Positions 56,375 through 64,000 of a DNA stretch of 64,000 nt are shown here, in pieces (position 1 is the first letter of the stretch; each line of letters begins with the position of its first letter). The position numbers were made by a program, and so were the translations under genes. This DNA is from a virus. The notes beneath the pieces are model-generated. The model did not search any database. It saw nothing but the letters and a program-made list of their open reading frames with translations, and was not told where the DNA came from. The DNA lies in the IMG/VR virus record IMGVR_UViG_3300027887_000463, positions 9,371 to 73,370 of that record; one strand, written 5' to 3'.

Positions 56375-57226
56375 TCAAGCTTCTTCAGAATCTTCATCCG
56401 CTCTTTTGTTGCGCCCGAGTCTTTTCCCAGTTTTCCGTCCAGACGATTCAGTCGGTCTGAAAGGGTCAACTTCTCGTACAATTCCTGGCGGACCTTCGCT
56501 TCTTCCTGCTTCTGTTTCCGGCTTTTCATATGATATTACCTCGACTTGATTTCCGTCTAGTTTAACAACTTGTTTTGTGAATTGAAGGCAGTCGATATCC
56601 CAATTGGAACCTTTTTGTTTTATCTTTGTGACCGGTGTATGGCCAAAGATCTGGGTTAATCCTTCCACGGGATTGAAGTCAACAGCAAAGTCAGACCAAA
56701 ATATACCTGCGTTTTGATCCACTCCCCCACGACTCATTCCAATGTTATATACTAACCCATCATCTACAGATCTCCAGGATTCTTGTAAAAAGAATTCAAT
56801 CAAATCAATGAAATCTTCTCTCTCATAGAGATCGGGGGTAGTTTCGAATGCCTCTCGAAGAAGCTGTGAATTAAGCCCTGCGTGTGTGATGAGTACCTTA
56901 TTTTCCTTATCCAGAATAAAAGGTTTCATCAGTTTCCACATACGGCTTTTTAATGCTATGATTTTTGCGTCGAAACTTGATGCATATCCCGAACACCGCA
57001 TACGCCTCATGAGATACGATAGCTCATGATTACCAAAAACACATTCAGTGGTTCCTCGTTCAATATCATTTAGAACCAACTCTAGAAGCTTGAACTGTTC
57101 TGTTCGTGAAAAGTAAAAGGAATCGAGCAGATCTCCAGTTAAAATCAGCTTCTCTTTTGTTGAACTCTTTACTTCGTGATAGAAGTTGATCTCACCATGG
57201 AGATCTCCGATTACGATTGCTTTCAT
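56375..57226 (-). CDS. Ser/Thr protein phosphatase, PPP family (lambda-phosphatase-like) with charged C-terminal tail
   Basis: GDLHG, GDLLD, GNHE metallophosphoesterase motifs; K/R/E-rich C-terminal 40 aa. Confidence 0.75.
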   Translation of the reverse strand: MKAIVIGDLHGEINFYHEVKSSTKEKLILTGDLLDSFYFSRTEQFKLLELVLNDIERGTTECVFGNHELSYLMRRMRCSGYASSFDAKIIALKSRMWKLMKPFILDKENKVLITHAGLNSQLLREAFETTPDLYEREDFIDLIEFFLQESWRSVDDGLVYNIGMSRGGVDQNAGIFWSDFAVDFNPVEGLTQIFGHTPVTKIKQKGSNWDIDCLQFTKQVVKLDGNQVEVISYEKPETEAGRSEGPPGIVREVDPFRPTESSGRKTGKRLGRNKRADEDSEEA

Positions 57227-57711
57227 CGATTAAAATAATCCTCGTTGTGCCACTCTGGTGGTTTTCTGTTTGTCCATCTTTTGTCTATGTGCTTTTTTCC
57301 ATAAAAATAATACTTTCTATAAGCCCAAATGGTGTTGCCAAATTTATATTCATCTGGCATACATTTTGGAGGAGAGGAAAATCCTATAATCGGTATATCT
57401 TTTGGAAGGCGCTGAAGAAGCCACATAGGCTCGCTTGTTTTATGATGCTTACCATATCTGTGGTTGTATTCGGATAATAGCCACTGCCCATACTCCAGCA
57501 ACCACTGGTAATTTTGGCCAGAAGTTCGCGCCCATATGGCACACGGATGATTTTTATGTGTCGGTTGGTACATCCCCCGTTTCCACGAACCCAGTTCAGA
57601 ATGTGCAGTGCTGAGCAGCTGTGCAGTCTCTAAAATCATCTTTACTACATGCTTATCACACAGCATTGCTGCACATGTTTTAGGATCTCGTGCAAGGTAG
57701 AAAATGTTCAT
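57223..57711 (-). CDS. Hypothetical protein (162 aa); weak resemblance to DenV-type pyrimidine-dimer glycosylase N-terminus
   Basis: MNIFYLARD...LCDKHVVKMILE versus the T4 endoV [23 protein letters not shown] pattern, and a C-terminal RKPPEW; not secure. Confidence 0.2.
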   Translation of the reverse strand: MNIFYLARDPKTCAAMLCDKHVVKMILETAQLLSTAHSELGSWKRGMYQPTHKNHPCAIWARTSGQNYQWLLEYGQWLLSEYNHRYGKHHKTSEPMWLLQRLPKDIPIIGFSSPPKCMPDEYKFGNTIWAYRKYYFYGKKHIDKRWTNRKPPEWHNEDYFNR

Positions 57712-57718
57712 CTAATTC

Positions 57719-58036
57719 TTATACCTTAAATGGGCCATCTCCATTGTTGGCATCTCCCTCAAACATCTCTCCAGAGAACTCTTCTCCGGGAGCGGCGCCC
57801 TGCATTTCCGGACTTACTTCGGCAGCCTTAAGCTCGGCTTCGATGAATTTCTGCATATCTCCGCCCAGTTTTCCTTCGGGATCCTTTTCTGTTAGAATCG
57901 AGCAGAAAGCATCGACAATTTCTGCAGGAATAATTGGAGGACATAGAACCATTGGAGAGGCTTCTAAGGCAGCTTCGGGGTTACCCCACGCAACCATACG
58001 AACATCCCCATCTGTTACAACAAAATATTTATCCAT
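57719..58036 (-). CDS. Small acidic hypothetical protein (105 aa)
   Basis: ORF with ATG directly after the hairpin/T-run. Confidence 0.4.
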   Translation of the reverse strand: MDKYFVVTDGDVRMVAWGNPEAALEASPMVLCPPIIPAEIVDAFCSILTEKDPEGKLGGDMQKFIEAELKAAEVSPEMQGAAPGEEFSGEMFEGDANNGDGPFKV

Positions 58037-58044
58037 GTAAATAA

Positions 58045-58066
58045 AAGGGCACGGTTAGGTGCCCTT
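58045..58066 (-). terminator. Hairpin plus T-run overlapping the stop codon of the RNA-repair gene (possible partial terminator/attenuator)
   Basis: Minus strand AAGGGCAC-CUAACC-GUGCCCUU-UUAUUU; stop codon lies in the loop. Confidence 0.35.
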
Positions 58067-60223
58067 CTCCTTGTAATACATATTTCTCAATGTGATGATA
58101 TCTCGTGATAGCTCTTCTTCAGTTCTGGTTTTGAGCCAGGCATAGAAGTAGTTGGCTTCGGGCGTAACCAATCCCGAGAGATTCACCTGTCGTCTTGCAC
58201 GAACAGCATCCTTCACTACACGCATATGTTTCCAGAAGTTGTAGTAAGGGAGCTTAAGCTTCATCATAAAGCCATTGGAATCCTCAAAGACAAATCCCTC
58301 GATATCCGAGGTAGTTGCCGTTTCACATTCCTTATAGAATTGAAGAAGCTCTTCCTTCGAGTTCAGAGTCTTATACAATTGCTTCGAGCGATGTGGCATA
58401 TTCAGTGAATGGGCAAATGCCAGCATCTCCTGATATGGCAACTTCTCGTAGTCAAGTGTTCTCCGCACTGCATCCAGAAGAACTAATCCCTGTCTGTCGG
58501 GATATGCAATGATATGAGGATCGGTATCTTGATCAACTACTTCGAAGACAAGAGTGACGTTGTGTCCCTTGAGAATTGCTTTGAGATAATCCGGATCTAC
58601 GTTTGTGGTTAATGCCCACACACGCTTGAAGATGTCCGGATAGATTCCCTCAACAGAACTCTTGGAAAGGAAGAGAACCTGATCGGAAGCAGTATCATAA
58701 CCGACCATACCCAGGAATCCATTATACTTCTCGTACACATGGACAGGATATTGAAGGTTAACCGTTTCAATCTTAGTCTCATCTCTTTCGTTCACATTGA
58801 AAAACTTATTATATGAACGAGCCACAATTTCATTTGTCACCGTATTGACGAACAGTCCTCTGGCTTTTACTGTCATTCCATCCCAAATCTTCTTGTAGAA
58901 CGCACCACGGTTGAAGTTAAACGAGGAGATATCTCCGAACTTGCGCTCATTGATGTGTCTGCTCTTCCTTAAATCCTCCACGAACGAGGAAGGACCGAGA
59001 GTGGTTTCCACTTTTATATTTTTTGGACGAAATACAGTATTCGGAATCTCCCATGTCTTGATCTCCAAAGAATCACGATAGAGAGTAACAGCCCGAAGAT
59101 TTCCTCCGAACTCAATGTTACCCTGCAGATTATAATACTTTGGGTTGATCTTTATAGGCGATTCCGTAACGTTTCTATGGCCAGATATCTGGATGGCATC
59201 CGGCGGAGAATTCTTCTCCCACGATTCAGCAACCTCCAGCATATCTTCATAGCGTCCCACACCTTTGATAAATTGTTCGGTAGCAATTGTGATGAGGTCT
59301 TCAGGGAGCTTAGAGATGCCTCCGTGGGTTACCAGAACGAGCTGATTTCCCAAACGGAAATATGCAACCTGAGCAAACTTCCTACACAACTGCCGTACGG
59401 ATCCCTTATCCAAAGCTGCGGACTCGAGTTCTCTTTTGGTTTGGAAAAGGAATTCATTGGAACGAATCTTTTCCTCTTCCTGGTTGGCCCAGTATCTCAA
59501 CCACCGCTCGTGATTCCCCTCCAGAAGAAGTATATTAGGCTTTTCATAATTCTCGATAAGCCAACGTACCACCTCGGTATTCTGAATCCCACGATCGATA
59601 AAATCACCAACAAAGATGTAATAGTGATTTTCGTGATAGCCAACTGCATCGAACCACACTTTCAGCGGTTCATAACATCCGTGAATATCTCCGATAATGT
59701 GCACCTGTTCATATTCAAATGCAAGCGGTGCATAATCAAAGACGCCCATATAGTCAGCCGGCTTGACAACCTGGACATAACCAGGAACCGGTTGACTCTT
59801 TAGTCGAGCTTCGATATTATCGAGCACAAATTCCGGAACCCACTTATATTCCGGACGGGTCTTATTCTGAAGTTTGCATTGTTCCAGAGGAACATCGGAG
59901 AAGTCGATACAATAGATACGGTATCGATACTCTCCTGCCAACTTCTTATACTTGGCAAAATCGCTGGCCTTGGAGTGAGTAGCATCAATGAACACCAGTT
60001 CTCCGCGTTCCATGCGAGTTTCCAACATTTCGAATAGAAGTCCCCAAACCTTTCGGTCATTCTCCGGGCTAATCGCGTACACTCCCTTAGGAGTAAGTAC
60101 CGGCGCCTGGAGTTGGAGACGAATGTCATCAGCGCACAATGTGTAAGGGCGCAGGCCTTCCTGTTCGAGCCAGGTAGACTTTCCGCATCCGACATTACCG
60201 CGGAGAAGATAGAGGTGTCTCAT
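58055..60223 (-). CDS. Trifunctional RNA-repair enzyme: polynucleotide kinase, metallophosphoesterase-type phosphatase and ligase-like nucleotidyltransferase (bacterial Pnkp-like), 722 aa
   Basis: N-terminal P-loop GNVGCGKST; central calcineurin-like motifs HIIGDIHGC, VGDFIDRG, GNHE; C-terminal nucleotidyltransferase motif I EKYNGFLGM (KxNG). Confidence 0.7.
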   Translation of the reverse strand: MRHLYLLRGNVGCGKSTWLEQEGLRPYTLCADDIRLQLQAPVLTPKGVYAISPENDRKVWGLLFEMLETRMERGELVFIDATHSKASDFAKYKKLAGEYRYRIYCIDFSDVPLEQCKLQNKTRPEYKWVPEFVLDNIEARLKSQPVPGYVQVVKPADYMGVFDYAPLAFEYEQVHIIGDIHGCYEPLKVWFDAVGYHENHYYIFVGDFIDRGIQNTEVVRWLIENYEKPNILLLEGNHERWLRYWANQEEEKIRSNEFLFQTKRELESAALDKGSVRQLCRKFAQVAYFRLGNQLVLVTHGGISKLPEDLITIATEQFIKGVGRYEDMLEVAESWEKNSPPDAIQISGHRNVTESPIKINPKYYNLQGNIEFGGNLRAVTLYRDSLEIKTWEIPNTVFRPKNIKVETTLGPSSFVEDLRKSRHINERKFGDISSFNFNRGAFYKKIWDGMTVKARGLFVNTVTNEIVARSYNKFFNVNERDETKIETVNLQYPVHVYEKYNGFLGMVGYDTASDQVLFLSKSSVEGIYPDIFKRVWALTTNVDPDYLKAILKGHNVTLVFEVVDQDTDPHIIAYPDRQGLVLLDAVRRTLDYEKLPYQEMLAFAHSLNMPHRSKQLYKTLNSKEELLQFYKECETATTSDIEGFVFEDSNGFMMKLKLPYYNFWKHMRVVKDAVRARRQVNLSGLVTPEANYFYAWLKTRTEEELSRDIITLRNMYYKEKGT

Positions 60224-60690
60224 TATGACTTCCTTAACATAGTTAAGATTTGATTTCCTTCTCGTTTTGGAGTATCCATTGCGAAATGGGTTAGTTCTGC
60301 TTTTATTTTTTCGAGTAATTCAAATCCCTGTTCGGGACGAGTTATTTCTCGACCATGAAAGCGAACTATCAAACGAATAGGATGTCCCTTTTCGAGTAGT
60401 TCATTGATATGCCGAGCTTTTGTTTGAAGATCATGGTCGGCAATATTAATATTGAATCGAAACTCTTTTAGATCTGGCGCAGGTTTCGTCTTATGCGCTT
60501 TTTTCTGTTGATACTGAAACTTCTCAAAGTCTTGAATCTTGCAGACACCGCGCCCAACTTCTACAAGATCCAAACTCCTTGTATGTGCTAATTTTATAGC
60601 CTCGGTCGTAGCTAGAGTTCCGAGATTATTTCCGTTCTCGTCAATAACAAGAACGGGAGTGTCCGTGATCTGATTATTTACACGGTTCAA
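60223..60690 (-). CDS. infC: Translation initiation factor IF-3 homologue with non-AUG (TTG) start; stop overlaps the ATG of the RNA-repair gene (TAATG)
   Basis: VLVIDENGNNLGTLATTEAIKLAHTRSLDLVEV...CKIQDFEKFQYQQKKA...LIVRFHGREI matches IF3 N- and C-domain signatures; no in-frame ATG between the upstream TAG and the conserved N-terminus; GGAGA nine nt before TTG. Confidence 0.7.
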   Translation of the reverse strand: MNRVNNQITDTPVLVIDENGNNLGTLATTEAIKLAHTRSLDLVEVGRGVCKIQDFEKFQYQQKKAHKTKPAPDLKEFRFNINIADHDLQTKARHINELLEKGHPIRLIVRFHGREITRPEQGFELLEKIKAELTHFAMDTPKREGNQILTMLRKS

Positions 60691-61051
60691 GTTCGATCTT
60701 CTCCAATGATTGGATATTTGTGTATGCGTAAAAGGTACCTAGTTTGGTACCCGTATCTTTGAAACATAGTTTAATCTTTACACTATGCGCAGATTCATAG
60801 AACGGCATTGTATACCCCAGTAACTCTAGCTGAGTTCCCGCAGGTAGAAGCAGTTGTCCGTTTCTAGGTATTCCGTATTGACCTCTGTGTACATTGGGAT
60901 CTGGAGTGAACATATTTCCAGCAAAAGTACTCACTCGCTTCTGTGCGTAACTTGTGGAGAGTTCTATTGAGACCAACTGGTCTTTTATTACAATAAACTC
61001 TCGCTTACCCTCAAAAAAATTGAATCTCATTTTAAAGACCAATCTAACCAT
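60674..61051 (-). CDS. Hypothetical protein (125 aa)
   Basis: ORF overlapping the infC-like start. Confidence 0.4.
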   Translation of the reverse strand: MVRLVFKMRFNFFEGKREFIVIKDQLVSIELSTSYAQKRVSTFAGNMFTPDPNVHRGQYGIPRNGQLLLPAGTQLELLGYTMPFYESAHSVKIKLCFKDTGTKLGTFYAYTNIQSLEKIELEPCK

Positions 61052-62025
61052 TTCGGATTACGTACATACCAGTTGACTGTTTTGCTGAGACATTCTTCAA
61101 ATTCCATTGGAATCTTCCAGCCCATATTTTCCATCTTGGTTCCGTCCAGAGCATAGCGTAAGTCATGTCCTGGCCTCGATGAATGAAAGTCAACTAGTTC
61201 GTATTTTAGTTCTTTCCCAAGGATGACGGCAATATCATGTGCCATATCCAAGTTACTAACCTCTTTTTCTCCTACAATATTAAACTTATCACCATTGTCT
61301 GTATGAGAGTTCAGAAGAAAGTGAATAGCTGATGCAACATTTCTTGCATGGATATAAAATCGTGAGCCAGATTTTGTTCGTTCTGGATTAGAGTGTATTT
61401 CAATAGTTCGTCCAGCAAGAATATCAATAATACATTTGGGTATGAATTTTTCTGGGTGTTGTCGTTCTCCAAAAACATTCATTGTGTGGGTGATGATGAT
61501 GGGAAGTTTGTAGGTATTTTCATACGCTATACAAAGCTCTTCTCCGCCCGCTTTAGTAGCTGCATAAGGATTTTTTGCATTGTAGCGATCCCATTCCTTA
61601 AAAGCTATACCTTCGGGTGCCGGTCCAAAAACCTCATCTGTAGAAAAGTAAATCATTTTCTCTAGATGCCGTAGATTTCGAGCAAACTCTAAAATCTCTA
61701 AGGTCCCCACTACGTTTGAATAAACAAAGCGTCGTGGTTCGGTTATTGAGTTATCTACGTGTGTCTCTGCACCCAGATGTAGAATGTAATTTACATCGCC
61801 GATTTCATTGAGTAGCCCCTCATTTATGGGCTTCGTAAAATCCGCAGTAAAGGTAGTTACACGCTTATCATCATACACGTTAATATCGCGTAACCGATTG
61901 AATCCATGTGAAGCATATGTTAATTTATCGAATACGACTATGCTCCAGTCAGTATTTTTCAGAAAATGTTCTACGATGTGGTGCCCGATGAAACCAGCAC
62001 CACCCGTAATTAAGATTATTGGCAT
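61027..62025 (-). CDS. rmlB: dTDP-glucose 4,6-dehydratase (RmlB-like short-chain dehydrogenase)
   Basis: ILITGGAGFIGHHIV, DKLTYASH (RmlB KLTYAGN), YAATKAGGE (YxxxK), full-length collinearity with RmlB. Confidence 0.8.
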   Translation of the reverse strand: MPIILITGGAGFIGHHIVEHFLKNTDWSIVVFDKLTYASHGFNRLRDINVYDDKRVTTFTADFTKPINEGLLNEIGDVNYILHLGAETHVDNSITEPRRFVYSNVVGTLEILEFARNLRHLEKMIYFSTDEVFGPAPEGIAFKEWDRYNAKNPYAATKAGGEELCIAYENTYKLPIIITHTMNVFGERQHPEKFIPKCIIDILAGRTIEIHSNPERTKSGSRFYIHARNVASAIHFLLNSHTDNGDKFNIVGEKEVSNLDMAHDIAVILGKELKYELVDFHSSRPGHDLRYALDGTKMENMGWKIPMEFEECLSKTVNWYVRNPKWLDWSLK

Positions 62026-62369
62026 AGATTAAGAAGAAGGCCCTGTTCGTCTTCATCCGCATTGCGGCATATAGCGCCTTCAAAAACCCTCATGTTAAAA
62101 GTTTTGGGACGAACATTTAATTCCGGTCTCGGCCCATTGTAATCGAATCGTTCAAGGAGAGCTGCGAGATTTATACGAATCTGCATACGCACTGCCAGAC
62201 GTTTCGTAGCACGAGCTTCTCCCTCTAAATATATACGGTATTTACTCAACGTCTTGTGGCGTTGCATTTCACTCATAAGCCTCACTTCATCCGCAATATG
62301 GTTAAAATAAGGCTGTAAAATTTCATTGACCACCTTGACTGATGGTTCAATGGCAGGCAACTTTGTCAT
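62016..62369 (-). CDS. Hypothetical protein (117 aa)
   Basis: ORF. Confidence 0.4.
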   Translation of the reverse strand: MTKLPAIEPSVKVVNEILQPYFNHIADEVRLMSEMQRHKTLSKYRIYLEGEARATKRLAVRMQIRINLAALLERFDYNGPRPELNVRPKTFNMRVFEGAICRNADEDEQGLLLNLCQ

Positions 62370-62404
62370 AGAAATTCTCCTTTGTTACTTTCTTATACCA
62401 TGAA

Positions 62405-62437
62405 AGTAAAAAAAATGAGGGGGAGTTTATCTCCCCC
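62405..62437 (-). terminator. Rho-independent terminator after the SPFH-like gene
   Basis: Minus strand GGGGGAG-AUAAA-CUCCCCC followed by TCATTTTTTTT. Confidence 0.6.
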
Positions 62438-62443
62438 ACATTA

Positions 62444-63640
62444 CTACTTCTTTGGAATTGAAAGGTCGAGTGCCAAATCCTTGGCGGTCTTGACTGAGAG
62501 CATATCAATCAAAGCCGTTGCGGAATTATAGCTACCCTTACCAGCACCGCTTCCCTCAAAAATCACATCAGGAACCCACTTCTGTTTGCCAATGTTTTCG
62601 GCAAAAGCAGTCATGACCGCCTGATAGGTTTCCAACTTCTGGGTCAAGGCACCATCAGCAATAATGATCTTACGCTTGTATTCAGCATCAGCTTCAGCTT
62701 CGAGAATTCTCTTCTGCTTATACTGACCGGCTGTTTTGGTTTCAAGCGTAGCAACTTCCAGCTTCTGCTGGGCTTCTGTTACCATCTTGGCCTTGATTAC
62801 TTCCTGTTCCCATTTGGCTTTTGCGGCTTCTGCACGACCATTCTGTTCCGCGGTAATCGCTTGCTGTTCAGCTTCGCGAGCCTTTGCGGAGGCAGTTTGA
62901 ATCTGCATAATTGCCTGTTGCTGAGCCTGGATCTGCTTCTCAACGTTTTCGTCGTAGCCAACGTTATTGATCGAAAGGTTGAAAGTCTTTACTCCAAAAA
63001 CTGCAAGAGGAGATTCATCCTGCCGTTCAAAGGTGCCATCCTTACCTTTCAATACGTCAACAACCGTGAGAGTACGTGGAGAACCAGATAGAGGATCCTT
63101 ATCTTGAACCTGATATGAACGGGTCTTATAAACCCCATTCTCGATCTGGTCTTCGATAAAACGGATTAACTCATTCCGGCGTTCAGCATAAGACTCTTTT
63201 GACGACATAAGAGGGCCAGTCATATAGACTGATTTCTCTACGATCGTTCGTACGAGTTGCTGCTCAATGGCCTGCTGGCTTCCATACTTGGTATGAAGCA
63301 TAACCAAATGCTGTTCATCCACAGGCATTTCCCACGCAATTGATCCAGAGACACTGCCATGACCACCATCATTGAATCGAACTGAGATGGCCTGATTCAT
63401 TTCTGTTCCCTGATCATCTTTTTCTGAGAACCAGAATTGGGATCGCTTTTGATACTTGGTGACTTTGCCGAAACCCTGCCACTTGAAATTTCCAGGAGTC
63501 ATGTGCCAGGTGAGATCTCCCGAAAGAGACTGAACCACCATGATCTCGTCGGCGTCGTTACTTTCGAAAATGTTGAAACTTGCAAAGATCAGAACGATCG
63601 CAAGAATGGCAACGGCTCCGAGGCCGAAGATCTTGCGACC
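62444..63640 (-). CDS. SPFH/band-7 flotillin-like membrane protein, N-terminally truncated at the compositional junction
   Basis: TM helix [19 protein letters not shown], then an SPFH-like domain and a long Ala/Glu/Gln/Lys coiled coil; no start codon before the TM (the ORF runs open into antisense high-GC DNA); codon usage more GC-rich than the other phage genes. Confidence 0.5.
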   Translation of the reverse strand, partial: GRKIFGLGAVAILAIVLIFASFNIFESNDADEIMVVQSLSGDLTWHMTPGNFKWQGFGKVTKYQKRSQFWFSEKDDQGTEMNQAISVRFNDGGHGSVSGSIAWEMPVDEQHLVMLHTKYGSQQAIEQQLVRTIVEKSVYMTGPLMSSKESYAERRNELIRFIEDQIENGVYKTRSYQVQDKDPLSGSPRTLTVVDVLKGKDGTFERQDESPLAVFGVKTFNLSINNVGYDENVEKQIQAQQQAIMQIQTASAKAREAEQQAITAEQNGRAEAAKAKWEQEVIKAKMVTEAQQKLEVATLETKTAGQYKQKRILEAEADAEYKRKIIIADGALTQKLETYQAVMTAFAENIGKQKWVPDVIFEGSGAGKGSYNSATALIDMLSVKTAKDLALDLSIPKK

Positions 63641-63644
63641 CGCG

Positions 63645-64000
63645 TCGAGCTCGGCGGGCGGCGGTTCCTGCGCCGTTCCGGCCGCGGCGCGTTCGTCACA
63701 CGCCTTGCCGACGGCCGGCCGCTCGGCGTGATCAACGCGATGGGCCGGGTCTTCATGCCGCCGGTCGACAATCCGTTCGAGGCGGTCGCCGCCGCCGTCG
63801 ATCGCCTGTCGCGCGAATCCCGCGTCATCGTCGTCGACATGCACGCGGAAGCCACGGCCGAGAAGATCGCGATGGGCTGGCACCTCGATGGCCGCGCGGC
63901 CGCGCTGGTCGGCACGCACACCCACGTGCAGACCGCCGACGCCCGCATCCTTCCAGGCGGCACGGCGTACATCACCGATGTCGGCATGACCGGGCCGCAC
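63645..64000 (+). CDS. ymdB: Internal fragment of a YmdB-family metallophosphoesterase (2',3'-cyclic-nucleotide phosphodiesterase) from a high-GC bacterium; partial at both ends
   Basis: [33 protein letters not shown]...[57 protein letters not shown] collinear with B. subtilis YmdB residues ~115-215; GC ~68%. Confidence 0.65.

Noticed and set aside
63540-63987. ORFs 63540..63731 (+) and 63589..63987 (-) in the track
   Set aside because: Wrong-frame or antisense open frames typical of high-GC DNA; the real gene is the ymdB-like plus-strand frame starting near 63645
1-64000. CRISPR arrays or integrase/att sites
   Set aside because: No regularly spaced short direct repeats and no tyrosine/serine recombinase motifs seen anywhere in the window

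Overview
About 63.6 kb of this window is a large tailed-phage genome at roughly 42% GC. The last ~400 bp is an unrelated ~68% GC bacterial ymdB-like fragment, joined by what looks like a chimeric junction near 63600-63645. **Plus strand, 0.3-29 kb, structural module:** a tape-measure-like 1070-aa protein, a gp25/W-like and a gpJ-like baseplate protein, a CBM-containing protein, and a 3241-aa modular tail fibre with a C-terminal S74 intramolecular-chaperone domain. An embedded sigma-70-family sigma factor sits behind a consensus leaderless promoter. Three tandem paralogous ~175-aa genes follow the fibre, interrupted by a minimal nucleotidyltransferase. **29-36 kb:** a higher-GC glycosyltransferase insertion, a consensus sigma-70 promoter, membrane proteins and a possible portal. 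**Minus-strand operon, 46.0 to 36.0 kb:** a zinc-ribbon protein, a MoxR AAA+ ATPase, a vWA protein, a ~600-bp noncoding region unusually dense in distinct 6-bp palindromes, an Ec86-like retron (reverse transcriptase, ~330-nt flanking-inverted-repeat ncRNA and a translationally coupled 130-aa ORF), an HNH endonuclease, a lipoprotein and a GT-B glycosyltransferase. **46.3-52.4 kb:** a compact fused RpoB-RpoC-like multisubunit RNA polymerase of 2015 aa. **Minus-strand block, 62.4 to 52.4 kb:** an SPFH/flotillin-like protein (N-terminally truncated by the junction), RmlB, an IF3 homologue starting at TTG and coupled to a kinase-phosphatase-ligase RNA-repair enzyme, a lambda-type Ser/Thr phosphatase, and a ClpA/ClpC-like ATPase with a ~410-nt structured leader. 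All family assignments come from reading conserved motifs by eye; no database searches were run.
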